Part shown: positions 36,325 to 46,557 of the stretch, piece after piece
Numbering within the stretch: position 1 is the stretch's first letter
Layout: every line of letters begins with the position of its first letter
Assembly (NCBI GenBank): GCA_965215505.1
Contig: OZ244065.1
Coordinates: 5,440,001-5,504,000, forward strand
Reading direction: 5' to 3'
DNA: 64,000 nucleotides
Source of the DNA: Capsulimonadaceae bacterium
GTDB lineage: Bacteria; Armatimonadota; Armatimonadia; Armatimonadales; Capsulimonadaceae
The notes under the pieces: model-generated
The model's input: the letters and a program-made list of their open reading frames with translations, nothing else
Told to the model about the DNA's origin: nothing
Databases searched by the model: none
Translations under genes and position numbers: made by a program

Positions 36325-38783
36325 TGATACGCCCCGACGAAGTCCGTAAGTCTCACATGGTCGAGTTCAACCCCATCCCGGCCAACCAGTACCGCAAGAC
36401 GATGGCGGACGAGTTGGACCGGTTCGCCTCCGAGGACCTGATACGCATCCACCGGGACATGGCGGTCATCCGGGCCTTCGAGTCCATGCTGCAAGAGGTC
36501 AAGACGACCAACAAGTACGAGGGCATCGAGTACAACCACCGCGGCCCCGCCCACCTCAGCATCGGGCAGGAGGCATCGGCGGTCGGTCAGGCATACCTGC
36601 TGGGTGTGGACGACCACATCTTCGGGTCGCACCGGTCGCATGGGGACATTTTAGCCAAAAGCCTGTCGGCCATCGAGAAGCTGGACGACGACGCCCTGCT
36701 CCGCATCATGCGGACGTTCTGGGACGGAGCGATTTTGAGAGTCGTGGAGGGCGACGCCGACGGGTCCGTTAAAGACCTCGCCGTGGACTTCCTGCTGTAC
36801 GGGACTCTGGCGGAGATCTTCGGGCGCGAGACCGGGTTCAACAAGGGCATGGGCGGCTCCATGCACGCCTTCTTCACGCCGTTCGGCGTCTACCCGAACA
36901 ATGCCATCGTTGGCGGCTCAGCGGACATCTCCGTCGGCGCGGCGCTGTACAAGCGGGTCAACCGCAAGCCGGGCCTGGTCATCTGCAACATCGGCGACGC
37001 CGCCGCCGGGTGCGGTCCCACCTGGGAGGCGCTGTGCTTCGCGACGATGGACCAGTTCAAGACGCTGTGGGATCAGGCCTTAGGCGGCGGGCTGCCGCTC
37101 ATCGTCAACTTCGTCAATAACTTCTACGGCATGGGCGGCCAGCCGGTCGGAGAAACCATGGGCTTCGGGACACTGGTCCGCATGGGCGCGGGTCTCTCCC
37201 CGGACCAGATGCACGCCGAGCGCGTGGACGGTTATAACCCACTGGCGGTCATTGACGCCATCGCGCGCAAGAAGGAACTGCTCGAAAATGGCGACGGACC
37301 CGTCCTGCTGGATACCATCACTTACCGGTTCAGCGGCCACTCGCCCTCGGATGCATCCTCATACCGCGAGAAGGCCGAGATCGAGGAATGGCGGCAGGTG
37401 GACTCGCTGCTGACCTATGCCGAGGAGCTGATGCGGAACGGCCTGGCGACGAGCGAGGGCCTGGAGGCCGCCCACGCGAAGATCGACGCGGCCATCCTGC
37501 GGGCTTACAAGAAGGCGATTGACTTGACCGTCTCACCCCGCGCCGACCTGTACGCGCCGGGCAGCCTGCTGGAGACGACCATGTTCTCTAATGGCAAGGT
37601 CGAGTCGTGTGACGCCGGGCGGACGCCCGAGACGCTGATTTCTAAAGAAGACAACCCGCGCGTCAAGCGGCTGGCCGGCCGCTCCCGGTCCGGCATCGGT
37701 GAGGACGGGGAACTCCTGCCGAAGGGGAAATGCATCGGCCTCCGGGACGCACTCTTTGAGGCAATCATAGACCGCTTCTATGCCGACCCAACCCTGATCG
37801 CTTATGGCGAGGAGAACCGCGACTGGGGCGGCGCGTTCGCCGTCTACCAGGGCTTGACCGAGGCTCTGCCCTACCATCGCCTGTTCAACAGCCCCATTTC
37901 AGAGGCCGCCATCGTCGGCACTGCCGTCGGCTACGCCCTGGAAGGCGGGCGGGCCCTGGTCGAGCTGATGTACTGCGACTTCCTGGGCCGGGCGGGCGAT
38001 GAGGTCTTCAACCAGCTCTCCAAGTGGCAGTCCATGAGCGGGGGCCTGCTGCAAATGCCGGTCGTCCTGCGCGTCTCCGTCGGCTCCAAGTACGGCGCGC
38101 AGCACTCGCAGGACTGGACCGCCCTCTGCGCCCATATCCCCGGCCTGAAAGTCGTCTTCCCCGTCACGCCCTATGACGCCAAGGGCCTGATGCAGACGGC
38201 TCTGATGGGAACGGACCCGGTGGTCTTCTTTGAAAGCCAGCGCGTCTATGACCAGACCGAGTTGTTCCACGGGACGGAAGGCGTCCCCGCCGCGCCCTAC
38301 GAGATCCCCTTGGGCGAGCCGGACATCAAGCGTGTCGGCAGTGACCTGACTATCCTGACCGTCGGTGCGACCCTATACCGCGCTCTAGAGGCCGCCAAGA
38401 CACTGGAGGCCGACTACGGCCTGTCCTGCGAGGTCATTGACGCCCGCTCCATCGTCCCCTTCAATTACGAGAAGGTCGTCGCCAGTGTCCAGAAGACCGG
38501 CAAGATCCTCCTCGCCTCCGACGCCTGCGAGCGCGGCTCGGTCTTGCAGACGATGGCCGCCAAGATCACGCAGTTCGCCTTCAATTACCTTGATGCCCCG
38601 CCCGTCATCCTCGGCGCACGCAACTGGATCACGCCGCCCGACGAGGTGGAAGACGCCTTCTTCCCGTTCCCCACCGACTTCCTGGACGCCGTCCACACCC
38701 ACCTCCAGCCGCTCAAAGGGTATGAGGCCAAGCGGCAAGCGGGCACTGAGGATTTGATGCGGCGGAGTAAAGAGGGGGTATAA
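36309..38783 (+). CDS. Fused 2-oxoacid dehydrogenase E1 alpha/beta (TPP-dependent)
   Basis: [24 protein letters not shown]...NNFYG TPP motif, [18 protein letters not shown] and GAQHSQ. Confidence 0.92.
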   Translation: MPKSLMIRPDEVRKSHMVEFNPIPANQYRKTMADELDRFASEDLIRIHRDMAVIRAFESMLQEVKTTNKYEGIEYNHRGPAHLSIGQEASAVGQAYLLGVDDHIFGSHRSHGDILAKSLSAIEKLDDDALLRIMRTFWDGAILRVVEGDADGSVKDLAVDFLLYGTLAEIFGRETGFNKGMGGSMHAFFTPFGVYPNNAIVGGSADISVGAALYKRVNRKPGLVICNIGDAAAGCGPTWEALCFATMDQFKTLWDQALGGGLPLIVNFVNNFYGMGGQPVGETMGFGTLVRMGAGLSPDQMHAERVDGYNPLAVIDAIARKKELLENGDGPVLLDTITYRFSGHSPSDASSYREKAEIEEWRQVDSLLTYAEELMRNGLATSEGLEAAHAKIDAAILRAYKKAIDLTVSPRADLYAPGSLLETTMFSNGKVESCDAGRTPETLISKEDNPRVKRLAGRSRSGIGEDGELLPKGKCIGLRDALFEAIIDRFYADPTLIAYGEENRDWGGAFAVYQGLTEALPYHRLFNSPISEAAIVGTAVGYALEGGRALVELMYCDFLGRAGDEVFNQLSKWQSMSGGLLQMPVVLRVSVGSKYGAQHSQDWTALCAHIPGLKVVFPVTPYDAKGLMQTALMGTDPVVFFESQRVYDQTELFHGTEGVPAAPYEIPLGEPDIKRVGSDLTILTVGATLYRALEAAKTLEADYGLSCEVIDARSIVPFNYEKVVASVQKTGKILLASDACERGSVLQTMAAKITQFAFNYLDAPPVILGARNWITPPDEVEDAFFPFPTDFLDAVHTHLQPLKGYEAKRQAGTEDLMRRSKEGV

Positions 38784-38787
38784 TGCA

Positions 38788-39168
38788 GTGGCGACGTGGC
38801 GAGAGATGAGCCTCGATAATCGGCGGGCCGCGCAGGAGGCTCTGACGGCCGGCCGATTGCGGAGCAGCATCAGCCGCTCCTACTATGCGGCATACTGTGC
38901 TGTGACGAGTAAGCTGGCCGGAAAGTTCACATTCGACTATGGCGGGAACAACCCTGCTCATAATGATCTGCCGAACCTGATCTTTCACAACCTGACTATC
39001 GTGGACGAGGTGAAGCGCCGTGACATCCGGCAGGCCGTCGGGCAACTCTGGAAGGTGCGGGTGGAAGCCGACTATGTGCCAGGCGCTTACATCGACCGCG
39101 ACATAGCGCTGAACGCCCTGCGCGACGCAAGCCGAATACTGCGGCTAATGGAGGTTCAAGATGAGTGA
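38788..39168 (+). CDS. HEPN-domain protein (UPF0332-like)
   Basis: SISRSYYAAY, conserved H (AHNDL) and R.EADY. Confidence 0.8.
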   Translation: MATWREMSLDNRRAAQEALTAGRLRSSISRSYYAAYCAVTSKLAGKFTFDYGGNNPAHNDLPNLIFHNLTIVDEVKRRDIRQAVGQLWKVRVEADYVPGAYIDRDIALNALRDASRILRLMEVQDE

Positions 39169-39400
39169 ACAGCAGATCGGACAACTGGTGCGTAACTACC
39201 TGCTAGACCATCAGCCGGTAGGCGGTACTATTGAAGTCTTAGAGCAAGACATCCGTAAAGACGGCGAGTGGTGGTATGTGCCGGTTCGTCCTGACCATCA
39301 GTTGCCAAAGACCTACCGCTACTATGAAGAACTCACCGACATCGAGAACCAACTGAGGGAAAACGAGCAGATTGACGTTCTGCTTGTTCCCTCCGCCTGA
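39161..39400 (+). CDS. Small acidic protein coupled to the HEPN gene (putative antitoxin)
   Basis: GGAGG RBS, 8-nt overlap with the HEPN gene, 79 aa, no GS..RG/DxD MNT motif. Confidence 0.7.
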   Translation: MSEQQIGQLVRNYLLDHQPVGGTIEVLEQDIRKDGEWWYVPVRPDHQLPKTYRYYEELTDIENQLRENEQIDVLLVPSA

Positions 39401-39457
39401 ACCTACAGTTCGGGCGGACAAACAAGAGCCGCGGCATCCGCCACGCGCCCTTAACTG

Positions 39458-39682
39458 CTATGGCCGGCTCTCCTGGAACGGGCTGACTTCCGAGATGGGG
39501 TCTTCATCCACCTGTGTCGTCACGCCGCCGGAGCCGAAGTGCAGCGGGTCGGAGCCTGCCGGGGCGAGGCCCGCGAACTCTTCCTGCGCGCGCTCCCGCG
39601 CCTCTCCGCTGATGCTCTCCACGGCTTCCTGGCCGGTCATCTGCTCTGCATCCGGGTGTGTTTCAGAGGGTGTCTGTGCCAT
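39458..39682 (-). CDS. Small acidic, probably disordered hypothetical protein (74 aa)
   Basis: AGGAG RBS before ATG 39682. Confidence 0.55.
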   Translation of the reverse strand: MAQTPSETHPDAEQMTGQEAVESISGEARERAQEEFAGLAPAGSDPLHFGSGGVTTQVDEDPISEVSPFQESRP

Positions 39683-39764
39683 CTGCCTTGCTCCTGCCTG
39701 GGGTCTGTAGTCGTTAAAAGCTACCGCAGAATGGCACGGCTTCAAACCTGCGCCGTCCCAGCGC

Positions 39765-40034
39765 CTAAACCGCGCCCTTGATGAACAGCACGTCCAGGCC
39801 GACGCGCTTCCAGACGAAGCCGTGCTGGTGGGACAGGGCCTCCGCCCAGGTGGCGACGGCGGCCTTGGGGCCGTCGGGCTGCTCGGTCAGGGTGTCCGAG
39901 GCGCAGGCGGCGTTCACGAGGACTTGATTCCCGTTGTTGACGGAGGAAACCGCCTCCTGCTCGATGGCCTCCAGGCCCTTGCCGTAGGTCAGCACGCGGA
40001 CCATTCGGACTTTTGCGGCGGGTGCGTTCAGCAT
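39765..40034 (-). CDS. Hypothetical protein (89 aa)
   Basis: GAGAGGA upstream; host-like codon usage. Confidence 0.6.
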   Translation of the reverse strand: MLNAPAAKVRMVRVLTYGKGLEAIEQEAVSSVNNGNQVLVNAACASDTLTEQPDGPKAAVATWAEALSHQHGFVWKRVGLDVLFIKGAV

Positions 40035-40160
40035 GGGGGCGACACTTCCTCTCGGCGTTGGCCGGCACTCATTCTACTGACACCCATTCTACCCGATGTG
40101 AGGGCGTCTTCGGCGCAGAAAGTGTTCCCAAGCCGGGCGGCGTCATGGTAAAATAACCAT

Positions 40161-41318
40161 ATGGCTGTCTCGACCACGCATCCGCCCCGTGTCCCACCGT
40201 TCTGGCTGTTCCCCGCCGCGCTGCTCTGCGCCGCCTACGGCCTGCTCGGGCTGACCTTCATCCAGCAGGGGCACGGCGACATCATGGCCCGGTGCGTCCT
40301 GATGGACCCGTCCTTGTCGCGCATCTGGAGCGTCGGGCACGTCGAGATCAGCCTGTCGTATTTCGGCGTCTTCGGCGCGATGGTGTTCTACTTCCTCCGG
40401 CTGTACGGTCAGGACCGGGCGCACCTGCTGGACCTGGGCCTCGCGATGGCCTACATCCTCGGGTCGTTCCTGCTCGACCTCTTCTGCGTGATGCACTTCC
40501 AGCCGTTCGCCGCCCTGCTCATCGGGGATGCCGTGGTCGTGACGTTCACCGTGCTGGTCTCCAAGCAGCTCTGGTTCCAGCGCCTGCTCGGTGTCTTCGT
40601 CCCCCTCGTCTTCTTCACCTGCGGGGTGGGGCACCTGCTGGAAGGCATGTCGTACTGGAAACTCACCTACCCCGTGAACGTCCCCTGGACGATGGTGACG
40701 GCGGACATCGGCTTCGCCATCCTGGTGAACGCGGTCCGCTTCCCGGCCTTCATCCGGGGCCAGGACGTGCTGACCGAGCTGGCCCAGGCCCGGCAGGAGG
40801 CCGCCGTCAAACAGAGCTTCTTCCGGGATGTCCTGATGTCGGTAACGGAGGGCCGCCTGCATCTCTGCGACACCCCCACCGACCTGCCCCCGCCGCTGCC
40901 GCCGGTCACGGACCCGATCTCGCTGTCACGAGAGACCATGGCGGGCGCGCGGCATCTGGCGGCCGGAGCGGCGCAGGCGCGGAACTTCCCCGACGACCGC
41001 GTTGACTGCCTCAACACCGCCGTCGGCGAGGCCGCCATGAATGCCGTGGTGCATGGCGGCGGCGGCGAGGCGATCATCCGCGCGGACGACGAGGCGATCC
41101 AGGTCTGGATCACCGACCGGGGCGCGGGAATTCAACTCGCCGAACTGCCGCGCGCCACTTTAGAGCAGGGGTACAGCACGAAAGGCTCACTCGGCCACGG
41201 CTTCTCGATGATGCTGCGCGCCGCCGACACGGTCCATCTGCTGACCGGGAGCGGCGGGACGCACGTTGTCCTCACCCTGCATCGCGAGCCTGCCAGGCCC
41301 ATGAGCCTCGCGGCATGA
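40161..41318 (+). CDS. Membrane sensor (ethylene-binding-domain-like) fused to an RsbT/RsbW-type HATPase_c kinase
   Basis: About 6 TM segments with ISLSYF and FTCGVGHL; C-terminal EAAMNAV.HG (N box), DRGAGI (G1) and GYST.GSLGHG (G2); no HisKA domain. Confidence 0.8.
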   Translation: MAVSTTHPPRVPPFWLFPAALLCAAYGLLGLTFIQQGHGDIMARCVLMDPSLSRIWSVGHVEISLSYFGVFGAMVFYFLRLYGQDRAHLLDLGLAMAYILGSFLLDLFCVMHFQPFAALLIGDAVVVTFTVLVSKQLWFQRLLGVFVPLVFFTCGVGHLLEGMSYWKLTYPVNVPWTMVTADIGFAILVNAVRFPAFIRGQDVLTELAQARQEAAVKQSFFRDVLMSVTEGRLHLCDTPTDLPPPLPPVTDPISLSRETMAGARHLAAGAAQARNFPDDRVDCLNTAVGEAAMNAVVHGGGGEAIIRADDEAIQVWITDRGAGIQLAELPRATLEQGYSTKGSLGHGFSMMLRAADTVHLLTGSGGTHVVLTLHREPARPMSLAA

Positions 41319-41331
41319 AAGCCGGTCCCAC

Positions 41332-42477
41332 TTGAAGACCATCTTGAAGATCGTCATCGCGCCCGACTCGCTCAAAGGCAGCCTGTCGGCGGCACAGGCC
41401 GCCGAGGCGATGGCGGCGGGAGTCCGGCGCATCCGCCCGGACGCCCAGGTCGTCCTGCTGCCTCTGGCCGACGGCGGCGAGGGCACGGTGGAGGCGCTGA
41501 TCCTGGCGACCGGGGGCAGCCGCGAGGCCCTGGAAGTGACCGGGCCGCTCGGGGAGCCGTTCCAGGCCGTCTGGGGGCGGCTCGGGCCGGACGGGACAAC
41601 GGCCGTGGTCGAGATGGCGGCGGCGGCGGGCCTGCCCCTCGTCCCGCCGGACCGGCGCGACCCGCGCCACACGACGACCTGGGGCGTCGGCGAGCTTCTG
41701 CGGCAGGCGGTCGGCGGGGGCGCGAACCGCATCATCGTCGGCCTGGGCGGGAGTGCAACGAATGACGGCGGCGCGGGCGCGATGCAGGCTCTAGGCGTCC
41801 GCTTCTTGGACGCGGCCGGGATGTCGCTGCCCAAGCCCATCACCGGCGGCGACCTAGCGAGTCTGGCCCACGTTGATGCCACCGCTCTGCACAGTCTGTT
41901 CGCCGGGGTGGAGGTCGTTATCGCCTCGGACGTGACGAACCCCCTGCTGGGGCCGCGCGGCGCGTCCGCCGTTTACGGCCCGCAGAAGGGCGCGGACGCG
42001 GCGATGGTTGCTGAACTCGACGCCGCGCTGGCGCAGTACGCCGCCGTCCTGCGCCGCGACCTGGGCCGGGACGTGGCCGACCTCCCCGGTGCGGGCGCGG
42101 CGGGCGGAATGGGGGCGGGCCTGATGGCCTTCCTGAATGCCCGGATGCGGAGCGGGATTGACCTGGTCCTGGACGCGGCCCGGTTCGAGGAACAGGCGGC
42201 GGGCGCGGACTGGCTGCTGACCGGCGAGGGCCGGATCGATGCCCAAACGCTGGCGGGCAAAACCATCTCCGGCGTCCTGCGCCGCTGCCGACCGTTTGGT
42301 CTCCCCGTCCTGGCCTTCGGCGGCTCGGTGGACGATGCGGCAGGCGAATTGCTCGCTGACGCCGGCCTGCGCGCCGCCTTCCCCATCGTCTCCGGCCCGA
42401 TGTCCCTGGAAGACGCCATGCGCGACGGCGGCGCGCTTCTCACCCAGGCCGTCGCCCGCGTCCTTCGGCTGCTGTAG
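41332..42477 (+). CDS. glxK: Glycerate kinase (GlxK/GarK family)
   Basis: IVIAPDSLKGSL, ADGGEGT, GLGGSATNDGG, GAGAAGG and TGEGRIDAQT..GK motifs. Confidence 0.93.
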   Translation: MKTILKIVIAPDSLKGSLSAAQAAEAMAAGVRRIRPDAQVVLLPLADGGEGTVEALILATGGSREALEVTGPLGEPFQAVWGRLGPDGTTAVVEMAAAAGLPLVPPDRRDPRHTTTWGVGELLRQAVGGGANRIIVGLGGSATNDGGAGAMQALGVRFLDAAGMSLPKPITGGDLASLAHVDATALHSLFAGVEVVIASDVTNPLLGPRGASAVYGPQKGADAAMVAELDAALAQYAAVLRRDLGRDVADLPGAGAAGGMGAGLMAFLNARMRSGIDLVLDAARFEEQAAGADWLLTGEGRIDAQTLAGKTISGVLRRCRPFGLPVLAFGGSVDDAAGELLADAGLRAAFPIVSGPMSLEDAMRDGGALLTQAVARVLRLL

Positions 42478-42494
42478 AGGGAGAACGGGTCCGC

Positions 42495-44408
42495 ATGAAA
42501 GCCTTGCTCGGTGGCCTCGTCTTACTGCTACTGGCCGTCCGTCCGGTGCAGGCCGCGCCGCCGCGCCCGGATGTCATCTTGGCGGATTTTGAGGGCGTAG
42601 GCTACGGAGGCTGGCGCACGACGGGCACTGCCTTCGGCACGGGACCCGCGCAAGGGACATTGCCCGGTCAAATGCCGGTCAGCGGGTATCGGGGCCACGG
42701 CCTCGCCTCCTCGTTCGTCGGCGGGGACGCGGCGACGGGGACCCTGACTTCCCCCGTGTTCACGATCACGCGCAGGCACATCAACTTCCTGATCGGCGGC
42801 GGCAGACACCCCGGCGCGGCCTGCATCAATCTACTCCTGGACGGCCGGCTGACACGGACCGCCACCGGCCCGAACGGCGTCCCCGGCGGAACCGAGAGGC
42901 TGAACTGGGCCAGCTGGGACGTGGCCGACTTGGAAGGCAAAGCGGCCCGCATCCAGATCGTGGATACGGCGACGGGAGGATGGGGGCACATCAACGTGGA
43001 TCAGATCACACAAAGCGACAAGCTGCCGGCAGACGAAGGCGGTGCGGTCAGTACGGGCGAGCTCTACCAGGAGACTTACCGCCCGCAGTTCCATTTCAGC
43101 GCCAAGCGGGGCTGGCTGAATGACCCGAACGGGCTGGTGTTCCATGACGGCGAGTATCACCTGTACTTCCAGTTCGAGACGGAGCTTTCCGGGGCGGACG
43201 ACCGCAAGAGCTGGGGATTCGCCGTCAGCCCCGACCTAGTCCACTGGCGTCAGCTCGACGATGCGCTCCAACCCGACGCCCTCGGCCCGATCTGGTCGGG
43301 GTCCGCCGTCGTTGATCGGGACAACACTTCCGGGCTGGGCAGTCCCGGCAAGCCGCCCCTGGTCGCCCTGTATACGGCGGCGGGCGGCAAGTCGCCCGAG
43401 TCGTCCGGGCGTGACTTTACCCAGTGCCTCGCCTACAGCCTGGACCGGGGGCGGACCTGGACCCGGTATGCCCATAACCCCATCCTGCCGCACATCGCCG
43501 GTGAAAACCGGGACCCCAAAGTCGTCTGGCATGCCCCCACCAAGCACTGGATCATGGCACTCTATCTGGAAGGGTCGGACTTCGCCCTGTTCGCATCCCC
43601 TGACCTGAAGGCTTGGACCCGCCTGCAAACGATGACCCTGCCTGGATGCGATGAGTGCCCCGACTTCTTCGAGATGCCCGTGTCGGGCAGCCCGAACGAC
43701 CACCGCTGGGTCTTCACGGCGGCGAACGGGAAGTACCTGGTAGGAACCTTCGACGGCCAGGAGTTCACGCCCGAAACCGGGGTGCTGCCGAGCGACTACG
43801 GCGCGAACTTCTACGCCGTGCAGACCTACAGCGACATCCCGCGTACTGACGGGCGGCGCATCCAGATCGCCTGGATGCGCGGTGGCGAGTATCCTCAGAT
43901 GCCGTTCAACCAGCAGATGAGCTTTCCCTGTGAGCTGACTCTGCACCGGACCTCGGACGGGTTGCGCCTGCACCGGCAGCCCGTCCGCGAGATCGCCGGC
44001 CTGTATGGCAAGGAACAGTCGTGGCACGACCTGACTCTCGCCCCCGGCGAAAACCCGCTCCACTCGCTTTCCGGCGACCTCTGGGACGTGAATGCGGAGT
44101 TTGAGATCGGAACCGCTACGGCGGTGGTTTTCCGCGTGCGCGGTACGGACGTACTCTATGACGTCAAGGCCCAGACTTTGACCGCGCTGGGCCGAACCGC
44201 CCCATTGAAACTCGACGGCAACCGCCTCACTCTGCGCCTCTTGATAGACCGCACTTCGCTCGAAGTGTTCGGCAACGGCGGGCAGGTTTCGATGGCAACC
44301 TGCTTCCTGCCACCCCCGGACGATAAGATGCTGGCCGTCCACGCGGACGGCGGCAGCGCCAGGATCGTTGCCCTGACCGTTCATCCCCTGCGTTCCGCCT
44401 GGCGCTGA
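42495..44408 (+). CDS. Secreted GH32 beta-fructosidase/levanase with N-terminal accessory domain
   Basis: Signal peptide; WLNDPNG, WSGSA, RDPKV and ECPD catalytic motifs. Confidence 0.93.
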   Translation: MKALLGGLVLLLLAVRPVQAAPPRPDVILADFEGVGYGGWRTTGTAFGTGPAQGTLPGQMPVSGYRGHGLASSFVGGDAATGTLTSPVFTITRRHINFLIGGGRHPGAACINLLLDGRLTRTATGPNGVPGGTERLNWASWDVADLEGKAARIQIVDTATGGWGHINVDQITQSDKLPADEGGAVSTGELYQETYRPQFHFSAKRGWLNDPNGLVFHDGEYHLYFQFETELSGADDRKSWGFAVSPDLVHWRQLDDALQPDALGPIWSGSAVVDRDNTSGLGSPGKPPLVALYTAAGGKSPESSGRDFTQCLAYSLDRGRTWTRYAHNPILPHIAGENRDPKVVWHAPTKHWIMALYLEGSDFALFASPDLKAWTRLQTMTLPGCDECPDFFEMPVSGSPNDHRWVFTAANGKYLVGTFDGQEFTPETGVLPSDYGANFYAVQTYSDIPRTDGRRIQIAWMRGGEYPQMPFNQQMSFPCELTLHRTSDGLRLHRQPVREIAGLYGKEQSWHDLTLAPGENPLHSLSGDLWDVNAEFEIGTATAVVFRVRGTDVLYDVKAQTLTALGRTAPLKLDGNRLTLRLLIDRTSLEVFGNGGQVSMATCFLPPPDDKMLAVHADGGSARIVALTVHPLRSAWR

Positions 44409-44429
44409 CGGCGCGGGTATACTAAAGGC

Positions 44430-45314
44430 ATGGCCCGCAAACCCGCCGAATCCAAAGTCCCTAAGACGCCCGCCGAACCCAAGGCCCCCAAGCCGCCCAA
44501 GCCCGCGCCGGTCAAGAAGCCGCGCAAGCCGGAGTTCTCGCCGACCCGCCTCCGCACCTTCCTCTCCTGCCCCATGATGTACCGGCTCGAATATGTGGAA
44601 AAGGTCGGCAAGTTCTACCACCGGGCGCGGGCCGGCTACACCTTCGGCTCCACGCTCCACCAGGCCCTCCAGACCTTCCACGAGGACGGCGGCAGCGCCG
44701 CTGTGTCGGCGCCAGAGCTAGTAGCCAAAATGGAGACCGTGTGGCAGTCCCAGGGCTATCAGAACGCCGAACACGAGCAGGCGCACAAGGAAGAAGCGGC
44801 CAAGATACTGACCACCTATCACGCCGCCGCCGAGGCCCGCGCCGACCAGACAAAGCCGTTCCTGATCGAGAAGATGCTGAAGTGGGACATGGGGCCGTTC
44901 GTGCTGACCGGGCGCATTGACCGGATTGACGAACACTTGGAGGACGGCGCTCTGGAGATCGTGGACTACAAATCGGGGCGGCTGGGCGTGACCGAGGAGG
45001 ACGTTAAGGGCGCGCTCGCCATGTCCGTGTATCAACTGCTGGCGAAGCGCAATAGCCCCGACCGGCGCGTCTTCGCCACCATCCACGCCCTGCGCGGCGG
45101 CGTGACCGCCTCGGCGTCCTACACGGAAGAGGAGATGCTGGAACTGGAAGAAGACCTGCGGGGCGTGGGCATCACGATCCTGGAGAAAGACTTCGAGGCC
45201 GTCCGCCCCGTCCCCCTGCCCCATGTCTGCCCGCACTGCGACTTCCTGCCGCTCTGCACCCGCTCCTGGAAGCGCGAGGGCCGGGACTATCTCGCTGAAC
45301 TGGCCGTGGGCTGA
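44430..45314 (+). CDS. PD-(D/E)XK RecB/AddB/Cas4-like nuclease with Fe-S cysteines
   Basis: FSPTRL..F.SCP, GSTLH, E...GRIDRID...IVDYKSG and C-terminal CPHCDFLPLC. Confidence 0.87.
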   Translation: MARKPAESKVPKTPAEPKAPKPPKPAPVKKPRKPEFSPTRLRTFLSCPMMYRLEYVEKVGKFYHRARAGYTFGSTLHQALQTFHEDGGSAAVSAPELVAKMETVWQSQGYQNAEHEQAHKEEAAKILTTYHAAAEARADQTKPFLIEKMLKWDMGPFVLTGRIDRIDEHLEDGALEIVDYKSGRLGVTEEDVKGALAMSVYQLLAKRNSPDRRVFATIHALRGGVTASASYTEEEMLELEEDLRGVGITILEKDFEAVRPVPLPHVCPHCDFLPLCTRSWKREGRDYLAELAVG

Positions 45315-45322
45315 TGCCTCCG

Positions 45323-46009
45323 CTATGGGTTGCCGGGCGTACCGATGTTGAACTCCCAGTACCGATACAACCGGTCCTTCGTCAGTGACGCCGCATGACC
45401 GTCCGCCAGAAGCGTGTTGAAACGCTCCTCCTGAGTGTCCGCGTCCCCGTGCCAGAAGCCGGTCCCGTCGCACAAAAGGTTGATCTCTGCCGGGCCGTGC
45501 TGCGCGTGTGCCTCCTCCGGCTCATAGGCGGTCAGGCCGGAAAGCGTCTGGCGCTGTAGGGTGAGCGCGGTGCGGTAGTAGTAGCTCAAGCCGAAGGCGT
45601 CATAAGAGGTCGGGTGTGCCGGCAGTGGGATGGGGTCGTCGCCCGCATCCTCCGACTCAAACCCGGTGTCGGCGGGGCAGTGCCACAACTCCTTGCCGGG
45701 AACGTAAGGCCGCAGCACATCCTGGAGCGAGGGCAGCAGGTGCGCCTCGGGCCAGTATTTGCCTCCGTCCGCCGTCCGCCAGTCGTCCGTGTTCCGGTCG
45801 GCGGCGTCGCCGCCGCGCGGGAAAAGGTCATCCTCGTCCTGGGCATACAGGAAGACGCCCAGGCCAATCTGCCGCAGGTTGGACAGGCAGGCCGTCTGCC
45901 GCGCCCTCGCCCGCACACTGCTGAAGACAGGGAACAGGATCGCCGCCAGCAGGGCGAGGATGCTCAGGACGACCAGCAGTTCGATGAGTGTAAAGCCGTG
46001 CCGCTTCAT
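45323..46009 (-). CDS. Prepilin-type N-terminal cleavage/methylation protein (DUF1559, H-X-DG C-terminus)
   Basis: [10 protein letters not shown]...LFPVF...AR...CLSNLRQIG; CPAD; WH...N.LLADGH. Confidence 0.9.
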   Translation of the reverse strand: MKRHGFTLIELLVVLSILALLAAILFPVFSSVRARARQTACLSNLRQIGLGVFLYAQDEDDLFPRGGDAADRNTDDWRTADGGKYWPEAHLLPSLQDVLRPYVPGKELWHCPADTGFESEDAGDDPIPLPAHPTSYDAFGLSYYYRTALTLQRQTLSGLTAYEPEEAHAQHGPAEINLLCDGTGFWHGDADTQEERFNTLLADGHAASLTKDRLYRYWEFNIGTPGNP

Positions 46010-46536
46010 GTGCCTGCCTTCTGCCGGGGATGATGCCGGACCACACCTACAGCGACCGCGCCGGAGAAGAATACAATCAACAGAGCCGGAGCGAGAGCGG
46101 CACCATCGGCGCGCATCCTATCCACCCAGAGGATACGGCGGTACTCGCTCTCGATGGCGCTCCTGTCGAATGCTTTGGTGTAGTGCGAGTCGGTGACACG
46201 CTTGATCTCGTCGCCCATCGCTCTGAACAACGCATCGTTGCGCCTGATCTTTTCCTGCGCGGGTAGGTGCTGGTAGCGGCTGTCCTCCACTTCTTCCTGC
46301 ACACGGACGCCGACATAGCCGTACATCTCGTCCAGTGACTTCATGGGCCTGCGGATGTCCCTGCCATCCGGCCCGTACATCTTCGCCTGCGCGGTCTGCT
46401 CGCTTTGCGCTTGTGCCTGCCACGCCCGCTCGCGGACAACCCGAAGGACAACCGAAGCGAGGGAACCCAGCAGGACGATGGCGGCAATCACGACGACCAA
46501 CGTGCGGCGCTTGCCTGCGCCAAGCAGTGTTGCCAT
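46006..46536 (-). CDS. Hypothetical membrane protein (2 TM)
   Basis: N- and C-terminal hydrophobic helices; ATGA coupling to the prepilin gene. Confidence 0.6.
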   Translation of the reverse strand: MATLLGAGKRRTLVVVIAAIVLLGSLASVVLRVVRERAWQAQAQSEQTAQAKMYGPDGRDIRRPMKSLDEMYGYVGVRVQEEVEDSRYQHLPAQEKIRRNDALFRAMGDEIKRVTDSHYTKAFDRSAIESEYRRILWVDRMRADGAALAPALLIVFFSGAVAVGVVRHHPRQKAGT

Positions 46537-46557
46537 AGCCCTTCCCCCATGCTCCCA

